Shown here: in pieces, positions 1 through 12,132 of the stretch
Layout: every line of letters starts with the position of its first letter
Numbering within the stretch: the first letter of the stretch is position 1
DNA from: Macrostomum hystrix
Lineage: Eukaryota > Animalia > Platyhelminthes
Reading direction: 5' to 3'
NCBI GenBank assembly: GCA_950097015.1
Contig: CATNEN010000038.1
Coordinates: 30,752,001 to 30,816,000, forward strand
DNA: 64,000 nt
Notes under the pieces: model-generated
Database searches by the model: none
Told to the model about the DNA's origin: nothing
The model's input: the letters and a program-made list of their open reading frames with translations, nothing else
Made by a program: the position numbers and the translations under genes

Positions 1-2229
1 GTTAGATAAGGGTGGCACACTTGTTAGACAAGCTCCATACTGTTAGATAAGGGTGGCACACTTGTTAGACAAGCTCCAAACTGTTAGATAAGGGTGGCAC
101 ACTTGTTAGACAAGCTCCAAACTGTTAGATAAGGGTGGCACACTTGTTAGACAAGCTCCAAACTGTTAGATGAGGGTGGCACACTTGTTAGACAAGCTCC
201 AAACTGTTAGATAAGGGTGGCACACTTGTTAGACAAGCTCCAAACTGTTAGATAAGGGTGGCACACTTGTTAGACAAGCTCATACTGTTAGATAAGGGTG
301 GCACACTTGTTAGACAAGCTCCAAACTGTTAGATGAGGGTGGCACACTTGTTAGACAAGCTCCAAACTGTTAGATAAGGGTGGCACACTTGTTAGACAAG
401 CTCCATACTGTTAGATAAGGGTGGCACACTTGTTAGACAAGCTCCATACTGTTAGATAAGGGTGGCACACTTGTTAGACAAGCTCCAAACTGTTAGATAA
501 GGGTGGCACACTTGTTAGACAAGCTCCAAACTGTTAGATAAGGGTGGCACACTTGTTAGACAAGCTCCATACTGTTAGATAAGGGTGGCACACTTGTTAG
601 ACAAGCTCTAAACTGTTAGATAAGGGTGGCACACTTGTTAGACAAGCTCCATACTGTTAGATAAGGGTGGCACACTTGTTAGACAAGCTCCAAACTGTTA
701 GATAAGGGTGGCACACTTGTTAGACAAGCTCCCTACTGTTAGATAAGGGTGGTACACTTGTTAGACAAGCTCCAAACTGTTAGATAAGGGTGGCACACTT
801 GTTAGACAAGCTCCAAACTGTTAGATAAGGGTGGTACACTTGTTAGACAAGCTCCAAACTGTTAGATAAGGGTGGCACACTTGTTAGACAAGCTCCAAAC
901 TGTTAGATAAGGGTGGTACACTTGTTAGACAAGCTCCAAACTGTTAGATAAGGGTGGTACACTTGTTAGACAAGCTCCAAACTGTTAGATAAGGGTGGCA
1001 CACTTGTTAGACAAGCTCCAAACTGTTAGATAAGGGTGGCACACTTGTTAGACAAGCTCCAAACTGTTAGATAAGGGTGGCACACTTGTTAGACAAGCTC
1101 CATACTGTTAGATAAGGGTGGCACACTTGTTAGACAAGCTCCAAACTGTTAGATAAGGGTGGCACACTTGTTAGACAAGCTCCATACTGTTAGATAAGGG
1201 TGGCACACTTGTTAGACAAGCTCCATACTGTTAGATAAGGGTGGCACACTTGTTAGACAAGCTCCAAACTGTTAGATAAGGGTGGCACACTTGTTAGACA
1301 AGCTCCAAACTGTTAGATAAGGGTGGTACACTTGTTAGACAAGCTCCAAACTGTTAGATAAGGGTGGCACACTTGTTAGACAAGCTCCATACTGTTAGAT
1401 AAGGGTGGCACACTTGTTAGACAAGCTCCAAACTGTTAGATAAGGGTGGCACACTTGTTAGACAAGCTCCAAACTGTTAGATAAGGGTGGCACACTTGTT
1501 AGACAAGCTCCAAACTGTTAGATAAGGGTGGCACACTTGTTAGACAAGCTCCATACTGTTAGATAAGGGTGGCACACTTGTTAGACAAGCTCCATACTGT
1601 TAGATAAGGGTGGCACACTTGTTAGACAAGCTCCAAACTGTTAGATAAGGGTGGCACACTTGTTAGACAAGCTCCAAACTGTTAGATAAGGGTGGCACAC
1701 TTGTTAGACAAGCTCCAAACTGTTAGATAAGGGTGGCACACTTGTTAGACAAGCTCCATACTGTTAGATAAGGGTGGCACACTTGTTAGACAAGCTCCCA
1801 AACTGTTAGATAAGGGTGGCACACTTGTTAGACAAGCTCCAAACTGTTAGATAAGGGTGGCACACTTGTTAGACAAGCTCCAAACTGTTAGATAAGGGTG
1901 GCACACTTGTTAGACAAGCTCCATACTGTTAGATAAGGGTGGCACACTTGTTAGACAAGCTCCAAACTGTTAGATAAGGGTGGTACACTTGTTAGACAAG
2001 CTCCAAACTGTTAGATAAGGGTGGCACACTTGTTAGACAAGCTCCAAACTGTTAGATAAGGGTGGCACACTTGTTAGACAAGCTCCATACTGTTAGATAA
2101 GGGTGGCACACTTGTTAGACAAGCTCCATACTGTTAGATAAGGGTGGCACACTTGTTAGACAAGCTCCAAACTGTTAGATAAGGGTGGCACACTTGTTAG
2201 ACAAGCTCCAAACTGTTAGATAAGGGTGG
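1..2229. repeat. 41-bp minisatellite (GTTAGATAAGGGTGGCACACTTGTTAGACAAGCTCCAWACT)n, about 54 copies, intronic, runs off the left edge
   Basis: Near-identical 41-bp units read directly; each unit has two halves containing TGTTAGA. Confidence 0.98.
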
Positions 2230-2269
2230 AATACTTGTTGTTGTTAGACAAGTTGAAATATCTTCAAAC

Positions 2270-4267
2270 CTTAAGATAGTTGATGGTGGTCCAGGCTCCT
2301 ACAGCCTCATCCGGGCCGGAAATGATGTTAATCTGTCTTGTTACATTGGAGACCTTGTAGCCGAAGTTACTAGTTAAACTTTGTCGCGCTTGGTTTAAAA
2401 TGATTTCTGATGCAGTTTTGTTTAGGGCCCTGCGAATTGTTATTTAGGATATTTTAATTATGATGTAATACTAAGCGAGTATGGAAAAGTAAAATTATAA
2501 ATAAAATAAAGTCATGGAATAATTGAAACATGAAATTCTTACTCATGGAATCCTTGGGTCATAAACTCAATGAGTCATGGAATCCTCGAGGTATAGAATC
2601 ATTGAGTCATGGAATCATTAAGCAATGAAATAATTGAGTCGTGAAGTAATTGAGTCATGGAATCATTTGGTCATGGAATCATTGATTCATGGAATCATTG
2701 GGTCATGGAATCATTGGGTCATGGAATCATTGGGTCATGGAATCATTGAGTCATGGAATCATTGGGTCATGGAATCATTGGGTCATGGAATCATTGAGTC
2801 TTGGAATCATTGAGTCATGGAATCATTGAGTCATGGAATCATTGAGTCTTGGAATCATGGAGTCATGGAATCATTGAGTCTTGGAATCATGGAGTCATGG
2901 AATCATTGAGTCTTGGAATAATTGAGTCATGTAATCATGGAGTCATGGAATCATTAAGGTATAGAATCATTGAGCCAAGAAATATTTGAGTCATGAAAAC
3001 ATTGAGTCATGGAATCATCAAGTCAGGAAGTTAGTAAGCCATGAAATGATTGAGTCATAGTCGCCGTTGAGTCACTCACCCGTACAACCGCATACCAGCT
3101 GTAGCGCCTAGAAACAATTCAGATTTAGCCTTTCGATCCTCGGGCACAACATAGTCCAGAGACCGAAGCGAGGCCTCGATTTGAGCAATGCCAGTTGAGC
3201 TTTCTATTGGAGCAGCTAAATTGTTAATAAAATTGTAGCTTCTTAAAGTTCTAGACATTGTATTGCAATTGTACAATGCGATGGCTTTGGCCACTTACAC
3301 GAATTGTTGGCTACGGCACGTTGAGCAATGACGCCATTGCCGTTAGTCTTGGAGGCTGGCCAAGTGTAAACATAGATTTTAGATGAGCTGGAACCGGCGT
3401 CAATCACAATGCCGTACTGTGAGATTAAGGAGGCCCAGGAGGAAGGACACAGTTGATTAGAATACATTTCAGAGACCCCATAAAGTAATTTCAAGCCACT
3501 AGGCCAAGAATACACAGCAACGTCACATTCATTAGGGACTTGTAGGGGTTGTAGGCAACGACTTAAAGGTCGGGGGTTCGACTCCACGACTACACAGGAA
3601 CAACTTGTGTCATTTAGCAAGTAAAAAAACTTATCTCTGAATTGCTTTTATTTACAAAGCTGTAGCAGGGCAATGACTAATAGATGAGGTAAAAAAATCT
3701 CAGGATTCGCTTGACACAGACACAAAATGTGTATTTTATTAATTCAAGACACTCACAGCATCAATAGGCTGATTGCCCAATACAAACATGACAATCACAG
3801 CAGTGGCACCAAACAATCCAATAGCCAGAGCGGCAATAGACAAGATCCACCAATTTGATGCTGAGTCCTTTGCTAGCACTGGCTCAGGTGGTGGTGGTGG
3901 CGGATCTGAGGATGCAATTCATAGAATGTAATATTTTAATTAAGAGTTCTAGGCTAGTTAGAGCCCAATAGATATTGTACATAGGACATAGGGTCATCTC
4001 ACCAGCGTCAAATGCATAAATAATGTCACCATTGGATAGGCCGGCTGCAGCCAGAGTCAGGTCAAGCTGCAGTTCAGTGTGCAAATCATTGCGCAATGCA
4101 AAAGTTGGCAAGCGTCGAAGTCGCATTCTAGAACAAAATTCGTCTAATAGCGAGTCCAGGGTTCGATCAACACTGACATGTAGATGCACCCGACCAACAG
4201 CTTCATTGCTGGCAAGATCACATTTTACAGTGATGCTAATTAGATTGCTGCCAATATTTCTCTGCAT
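2270..4267 (-). CDS. ENTPD: GDA1/CD39-family ectonucleoside triphosphate diphosphohydrolase (NTPDase), 5' part, with N-terminal ubiquitin-like domain and TM anchor; 3' exons lie beyond the window
   Basis: Exons 4267-4003, 3905-3757, 3416-3299, 3215-3080, 2429-2270 join in frame through GT-AG introns. Apyrase conserved regions: ACR1 YGIVIDAGSSSSKIYVYTW, ACR2 LFLGATAGMRL, ACR3 IISGPDEAVGAWTTINYL. TM WWILSIAALAIGLFGATAVIVMFVL. Confidence 0.9.
2510..3060. repeat. 16-bp minisatellite (GAGTCATGGAATCATT)n in NTPDase intron
   Basis: Tandem units, homogeneous in the centre and degenerate at the edges. Confidence 0.95.
3535..3665 (+). mobile_element. Degenerate tRNA-derived SINE remnant (same family as 43150-43365)
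   Basis: B-box GGTTCGACTCC followed by GGAACAACTTGTG...GCAAG...ACTTA...AGCTGT, colinear with the reverse complement of the 43.3-kb copy. Confidence 0.6.
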
Positions 4268-5029
4268 TGCTGCTATAGCAGTCTTCTAGAAGAAATCTAG
4301 AACTATAATATATTCTAGTTAAAATGTAATTCAAATGTCTCTGAAAAGTGCACATGTCATTAATAATAAAATTGTATGTAGCAATTGTAAATAACTATGA
4401 TATAGCCTGAATGAACAAAATTTATATAGGGCTAAATAGATGATACTACTAGCTAGCACACTAAGCACCCCCCTTGGGGGGCACTACTGTTCAGACAAAA
4501 ATATTGTGTAATGCATAAGAACAAAACATGCTTGAAAGTAAACAAAACGAAAACTCATTTTGTCAGGGTATTAATTTCCCTGTTTGCAAATATACGTGAT
4601 TGTGATTCAACAAGAATTTGAATTCTCACTAAATACAAAAATAGTCAGGTTGACCTCGAATACTTTCTGAGACACCTGGTCCCTACAGCATTGGGGCAGA
4701 ATTACACAAGTAACTTACAATTGATACAACTTAGCTTAATGCTACTAAGGTACATGTGAATTTATGTTCACATAATTTAGAACTTATGTTCCCCAAACAG
4801 CAAATAACCAATGTCTTCCCAGCAGCAAAGAACCAATTTTATCAAACAGAAGAGAACCTCTATAATACCAGAATGGAGGCTACTTGCAGGCTACCAAACC
4901 CCCAGGACAAAATATTTGTCATCTTTCTTTAACAGGAAACCATTGCCCCGATAAAGAAGAAAAAGGATTTTACTCAGCCCAACTGGCAACAAATATCTAC
5001 TGTTACATGTGGCACAGTAGATACATTTA

Positions 5030-5215
5030 GAAAACTGTTAGACTCTATTATTAACTGTTCAACTTATTAAAAAACTTTGAGGCATTTAAAAAAGTAGTAA
5101 TAAATGGACACATTTATAACACTGTTGAACACATCTAGAAACCTATTAAACACATTTAGAAACCTGTTAAACACATTAAAAAACTGTTGGACACATTTAA
5201 AAAACTGTTAGACAC
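5030..5215. repeat. Degenerate ~21-bp tandem repeat (ACACATTTAGAAACCTGTTA-like)
   Basis: Recurrent ACACATTTA..AAACTGTT units. Confidence 0.6.
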
Positions 5216-6796
5216 TTTTCTCAATTGAAATTAAGACACAGTTTGATGATTTATATATATTGTAGTAAGAAAGAAGTATATGTCTTACTTACATTGAGCA
5301 ATAGGCCTATATCGTTACATTGAAGTCTGCTATGCACATTTCACATATTCAAATCAAACACACATACACACCCACGGGTAAGAAAATATTTGATGGATTC
5401 TAATTATAAATTAGCACTGATGATCTTGCCAGTGGGGTTGACATGGCTATATACATTTGACACAGTGAAATTCTTATCAGTGTGCTCACTTTTAACAAAA
5501 CTGGCCAAAACTTAACAATGCAATCATTAAAATTGGCTTGGGCTGTTCAAAAAAATTACAACTTACAAGAAAGCAAGATTTTTCATTTTTAGTAGGTCTA
5601 CATGAGATATAATAGCATACACTACTTGGCATTAATTTATATATTGAAAATGTAATCATTAAGAAAAAGCAAACTTTGACTATTAAACTTCATGAACTGT
5701 TAAACTTTGTTTTATTAATAAAAAGATTTATGGAATTTAGATTTTTTTAAAGTTGATATGTTTACATTTTTGCTAAACTTAAAAAAAGAAAAAACTAAAA
5801 GCCATTTCCTCTTGTTAAAAATAGCTAGAGCCCAACTGAAACAATGACAATTTTTTAAAAATCCACCTAGGCCTAGCTAGTTACAGTCTAAATTTTCTTC
5901 ACCTACAAACTACATTTAAATAGCATACATTTGAGAAAGGTTGGTATATGAATTGTATACAAAACTAAATAACCAAGGCCCTATCTATCTATTCACCATT
6001 CAGCATTTTTAATGTCAAAGCTGTACTTTGCCTTAAATTAGCCCCCGCAAAATTGCTGAAAAATAGGCTTTAAATAAGAGGTGTTTGACTAAAGATTTTC
6101 TGATAACAAGAGATGCTAAAACAATACAATAGTGTACAACACATGTGGCTTACAAAAGATAAACATTCAAGGACCACTGCTATTTGTAAACAACAGTTGG
6201 GTTGTACATCTCGTAGCAGCTAATAACTAGTGTCACCATTTAGCACTAGCAGTAGGTTATTTTTATCCCTGACCTGACCTTGAACCTCTACAAGGCAACT
6301 ACAAGGCACCAGCAAGCTACCCACGAAATAGCTTTTGCCAAACAAGCAATTGTTTTCTTTTTATTCTCACCCCTTGCTACCTAGCCTTGAAAAACATTTG
6401 TCTGCCTATAAATACTTATTTTCTCACCACCCCTTTGTACTTAGAATGTACCTGGGTACAATACCAAGCTAACAATATTACACTAGCAGGTGGATCCTAA
6501 CCTAGCATTACATCTAACATCACGGGTTGCAAATTGCAATGCAAACAATATAGCTAACAGTATTTTCCATCATGTACATGAAAGTTTAGAATACCAAGGC
6601 ATAAGATTACGCAATAGGTCATAGGTTTGCAGCTGAAAAGTTAGTAAGAAAACATATTTTTTATTTTTTGTTCTCGCGCAGCTTGACGTTTGCTTTTTTG
6701 TTGTAGATTTTGTGATGTTGATTTGATGTTGTTAACTCGTATTGAATAAAAAATTTAAATGATGATACGTGCTTATTATTTGGCGAGTCTAATTAC

Positions 6797-9700
6797 CAAG
6801 GACCACTAGAAGAAGAAGGACGGGACACTTCGTTTCTTAGAAAATTTATTAAAGGCTGATTTTTACGGAAAAATACACTAGCGAGATAGGAACTTTTCAC
6901 TTTTTTCAACTTAAATAGTTGATAACTTTTTATTGGAAGCAGATACAAAGCTCTTCTTTTGATATAACTTACAAAATATGTTGCTTCGACGAATTTTATA
7001 AAGATTTTTTCATGAATAATTGATCTTCATATTATTTTAGTTACTATATCATGCAGCAATCATAGTATGAATCTAACCAGTGACTAACTTGAATTTTACA
7101 ATCTCTGTTTAATAGAATGCATCTATTTATTAGCAATATATGATTAAAAAATAGCTGGTTATAGTTGTATGCCCAACTCACTGCTTCTTTATTTTATTTT
7201 TATACTTTCTATATAAAATAAATTTAAATATATAGCTACCTATATTACATGTAGGCCTACTAGCTATGCCTAGACCTAGTTATATGTTTATCAATAATCA
7301 AGACAGTATCTATCTTGTTAAGAATTGACAGTTTTTATACTTAATGAAATGTGTGAATCTAAGCAAATAATTTAATTTTAAACCAAGCTTGTTCTTTCTT
7401 GTTTTTATACTTTAGCTTATTTTAGCTAGGCCTATATTGACATTATCTTTACATTAGCTAGTTTTTCCAGTATTTATTAAACAATGATAATTATTTGCTC
7501 TGATTTTATCAAGACGTTCTTATTTTTTTTCTATTTTTTATGTAAACAATTGCATTGTTAACTGAAGGGTTTTTTTATTTGTAGTGAAATTGTTTATTTC
7601 CTATTCTTATTATTTTTTTCTTTGGGTTCGGGGTTTGCACATGGCTAGCTATTATGTCATGAACTCATCCAATATTATAATTTAGCCATCTATTTGCCTA
7701 TCTACTATAATTTTACATTTCTTCTTTTTTAACAAGTATAGTATTTTTATTGCTAATACTAGCTTTTTTTGCCCGTTGTTTTTGGGGCAGAAATTTAAAG
7801 CAAAGCAGTAAGCAATTCACGTCTCTGTATTAACTTTATAGTGAAGGTCACCATTTATTTATTTACTGCATTAATGAAAAGTGAAAAGTTTGTTTAAGGG
7901 CGTTTTAAGTAAAAAATAAGTGAAAAGTTTGTCCAAACAGCCCCCTCTTGATTACTTCTTTAGAAACATGTCTCTTAGCCACTCCTCTATACAGTCAGTG
8001 GCAGATCCAGGAATTTTGTTTTGGGGCGGTCTGTCAGGGGTTTGTTTGTGGTTTGTCATTCTTTGTCGCTGATGGGTTTCCAGTGCGAACGTCAATTTGC
8101 CTGATGTTGATGTGGTACCCATCCTCTCCGTCCCAGAAAATAAGCGGATACTGCAATGTATCATAGGCTTTGTGCAGCTCAGAAATCCTTTGCAACTGAT
8201 TGCTTTGCAGCTGCAGAACAATGTCTCGCTTCTCAAATTCCTGCCCAACAATTTGAATTGCGACATCGTTAACAACTGGTGCGTTATATCTCCTCTCATG
8301 CTGGCCTGCAGGCCATTTATCAGCACGAATGACTACTCTGTGCTCCTCTGTGTCCCGTGGCAACCTCTCCATGGCAGTTTTAAATTTAGGAACATAATTA
8401 TTTTTCTCGTGCAGGACTTCCTGTAACTCGAATACAATGTTGGCATGCACTCCTGGAGCTATTCTACATCGGCGCTCAACCTGCTCTTGATGATCTCCCA
8501 TGAAGTAGATCTGCAGGAACTTTGGTTCCTCTCCAGGCAGTGGTAGCAATGATCCTATGTCATGGTACACCTGACCTTGGACTTTGAATGCAGGCATGAA
8601 CCCTGGCTCACGGACAATACTTTTAGCTCCAAAAGAAGTCATTTGAAAGCAGCTGTTGTAGCACCGGATATTAGACAGAAAGTGCTCAGATTCTTCTGTC
8701 TCACCCAGCAACAGATGCCGAAGGCATGGTGGCAGGTTCTCATTCAAAGGTTCAAGTCTGACCTTTCCGTTGGAACAGCACATGCCTGGAGTTTCGTTGG
8801 CCCATCTTAATGCATTGCAGCATGCGCATTTGACCGACATTCTCGCCATCGCAAGTTTAGGATGGACACCATAGACAACAGTGGGATCATAACTCAGAGC
8901 CGCATTCAGTGCCCAAGGACGTGGGCCAGCTGGCTGATCAGGTTCGTCAACGTTGGGGTTTGTTGGGGCCGGGGGTGGTCCAACAAATTGGAAGGTCTCA
9001 GCGCGTTCCCTATGCCACTCTCAATCATCCTGCCGACGCACTTCAGCCTGGTTGGCTGTTTCATTGCGACGGGCCTCGGCAGTCCGTCTTGATAAAGAAC
9101 ATCTAAGATAAGATGAATAAGAACGTCTTGATAAAATCAGAGCAAATAATTATCATTGTTTAATAAATACTGGAAAAACTAGCTAATGTAAAGATAATGT
9201 CAATATAGCTAAAATAAGCTAAAGTATAAAAACAAGAAAGAACAAGCTTGGTTTAAAATTAAATTATTTGCTTAGATCCACACATTTCATTAAGTATAAA
9301 AACTGTCAATTCTTAACAAGATAGATACTGTCTTGATTATTGATAAACATATAACTAGGTCTAGGCATAGCTAGTAGGCCTACATGTAATATAGGTAGCT
9401 ATATATTCAAATTTATTTTATATAGAAAGTATAAAAATAAAATAAAGAAGCAGTGAGTTGGGCATACAACTATAACCAGCTATTTTTAATCATATATTGC
9501 TAATAAATAGATGCATTCTATTAAACAGAGATTGTAAAATTCAAGTTAGTCACTGGTTAGCTTCATACTATGATTGCTGCATGATATAGTAACTAAAATA
9601 ATATGAAGATCAATTATTCATGAAAAAATCTTTATAAAATTCGTCGAAGCAACATATTTTGTAAGTTATATCAAAAGAAGAGCTTTGTATCTGCTTCCAA

Positions 9701-9836
9701 TAAAAAGTTATCAACAATTTAAGTTGAAAAAAGTGAAAAGTTCCTATCTCGCTAGTGTATTTTTCCGTAAAAATCAGCCTTTAATAAATTTTCTAAGAAA
9801 CGAAGTGTCCCGTCCTTCTTCTTCTAGTGGTCCTTG
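6797..9836. mobile_element. Non-autonomous foldback-type DNA transposon (P- or hAT-like termini) with ~725-bp TIRs and 8-bp TSD
   Basis: Arms 6797-7524 and 9116-9836 are near-identical reverse complements (a few substitutions, one ~6-bp indel). Termini CAAGGACCACTAG / CTAGTGGTCCTTG. Identical CTAATTAC flanks at 6789-6796 and 9837-9844. Confidence 0.9.
7759..9090 (-). pseudogene. Helitron Rep/helicase N-terminal fragment (truncated, one in-frame stop) with probable Helitron 3' end
   Basis: ORF 8034-8849 has typical Helitron N-terminal motifs (CxxCxALRWxxExxxMCCSNGKV, NIRCYNSCFQMTSFGA, FKVQGQVYHxIGSL, PKFLQIYF, YDxLQYPLIFWDGEDG). The frame extends upstream to ~9090 with a TGA. Imperfect hairpin 7770-7789 then CTAG (7762-7759) followed by T on the minus strand. 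Confidence 0.88.
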
Positions 9837-11515
9837 CTAATTACACCTAGAACTAGCTGGCTTTCTTCAATGCATAGGGGTCGTATAATCCTTGTTATTG
9901 GAGGCTAAGGCTTGTCGCGCGTAGTAGGCTAGGCTCTATTAAATTTATCTTAAATAAGCTTCTATTAGGCAAAAATTCTGATGTGCAATATATTCGCCAA
10001 ATAGGGCCTACTGATTCTGATTCAGTACTAGATATCCATATCAATACAACGGTCGCCGAGCCGATCCCACGGACGGCGGGCCATGCATTAACTAGTTGAT
10101 TAATTCGATAATTAATCTGCACAGTGCACCCCACTTCATTACATTGTAATATTTATGAATTTATGATTTATGAACTATGAAACATTTTTGACGACAAAAA
10201 ATTATTTGGTCCCCTAGGCCTAGGCCTATGCCCTACAGGCACAGCTTATTCGACTCAGACGACATCTTAACTTTTAACTACAAGTTCTGATTTTGTTGGA
10301 GTATACCAAGCGACTCATTCCAGTTCTAGTAATTGATTCCTGTGCTATAATATTAGGAAAAGTTCATCACTTCGTCAACTAGCAAACTAGGACATGAAAG
10401 ACCAAAAGTTTTTAGGCTATCACTTTGTCAACTTTGGAATGATGTTATGAAAGACGATTAATGACCTAGTCACTACACTGAATCGACAAATACAATTTGG
10501 AAGAATAGCCTTGCAAGTCTGACCACAGATCTCTCTTTGCCTGACAAAGCCATATAGGCCCTACTAGGTAACTGTTATTGCATTGCATAGTCTATAAGCC
10601 TATGGCTATGTAATAGGCATTAAGCCTCTTAACAACAATTTTTTTAAATGTCCTTTTTTTCAAAAAACATACTAATGCTTTACTATTACTAATGCTATGC
10701 TTAAATTTAGACTGTACACTTTCCTTTATGGCTTTAGTTTTCTAATCAAGTGTTACATATATGTTATATTGGTATTGATCACTAAATCTGCATGCCAATA
10801 AATCAATTTGAGGCAAGTGCAAACCAACCATCCCATGCATGCCAAATTAGACAAAAGCACACCTAAATTTTAAGGAATATATTACATTATCATAACCATG
10901 TAAATTATTTTTGAAATTCAAAGTATCTCTAGGCCCCCTATTCAAATTATCTCTCCCAGCCTTGATTATAAATATTGTTAATTTTATATTTTATTATTTT
11001 TTCTTACAAAATTTGAATTTACAAGCAGTGTCTATGAAAATATAGAAGAAATGGTTGAATTGCATCTATATCAGTTCATGTTTCAGAGATATAACCGGGT
11101 AGGCCAGGTGTTGTGCATGTATGAGTCAGCCATAGTATTAACTTCTGTTAATATGTTATTAGCTATCTAATATGTTTGTTGGGTTAAGATTTGTAACATT
11201 TAAAATAGACTAAAATCTGACACCTAAGACCAAGTATTCCCAAATGGCATAGTATTAAAATAGAGTATTCTTTCTGACCAGTGCATCATATGTGCAGGGG
11301 TCTACCCCTTTTGTTTGCTATTAAATAGTTTTTGTAAACCATTTGCTATTCTAAACTACAACAGCACAGTAGATCCCCATTGTTTTCTAATATTGTAAGT
11401 TAAACACTACTGGGCTTTATTATCTACTTGTTACTAAACTGGGTAATGCACATTTCCTGAAATATTGTTAGTCTCCTTAGTACAGTAAAACTGCCAAGTA
11501 ACTAAGGCATACATG

Positions 11516-11831
11516 TGCAACACCCGGCCGAACCGGCCAGGTGAAACAAGGGCCAAGCAAGGTAAGTCGCAAAAACCAATTGACCAAGCGCAAAAAATCA
11601 AAGGGGGGACCAAGGGACGAAAAAGGAAGGTGTGAAGAAAAGGAAAAGGGGAGAGAGAAAGAGAGCAAATGAGAGCAAAAGTCGTAAATAGAGCAATGAA
11701 ACGAACTAAGTCACAAATGAGAGCAAAAACTAAGTCACACGGCCGGCTAAGATTTCGGAAGTTGCGCATGTATAAACTAAGGGTAAGAATTTCTCTGTTA
11801 TGGTTTTTCAATTTTATTAGCTTGTTAAGCA
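11516..11831. mobile_element. Possible solo LTR (316 bp)
   Basis: Starts TGCAACACCC, ends TAAGCA, flanked by CATG on both sides (11512-11515, 11832-11835); composition differs from the AT-rich flanks; internal TATAAA. Confidence 0.45.
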
Positions 11832-12132
11832 CATGTGTCTGCCTTTGTTATATATAGGCTTTTGTAAGGGTGTTTATATCATATTCTAGATCTTCAAAGC
11901 TAACTATGTATTAGCTAACTATTATACACACTATGGTGCAAACATATATTCTAAAATATCGCATTTTAAACCCTGGGATGTAATTGCACCTACAGCAAAT
12001 AAGTTTTTTATGAGTAAAAATTCACAATTTTAGAATGAAACATTTCTTTAAGCTAACCACATGTGCTCAGTTTAATTTAAGATAAATAACGACTGGTTCT
12101 AATATATTATTAAATTTTCAGCCCTCTCACCA

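Noticed and set aside
1-2229. 41-bp array as a CRISPR array
   Set aside because: No unique spacers, eukaryotic intronic context, no cas genes.
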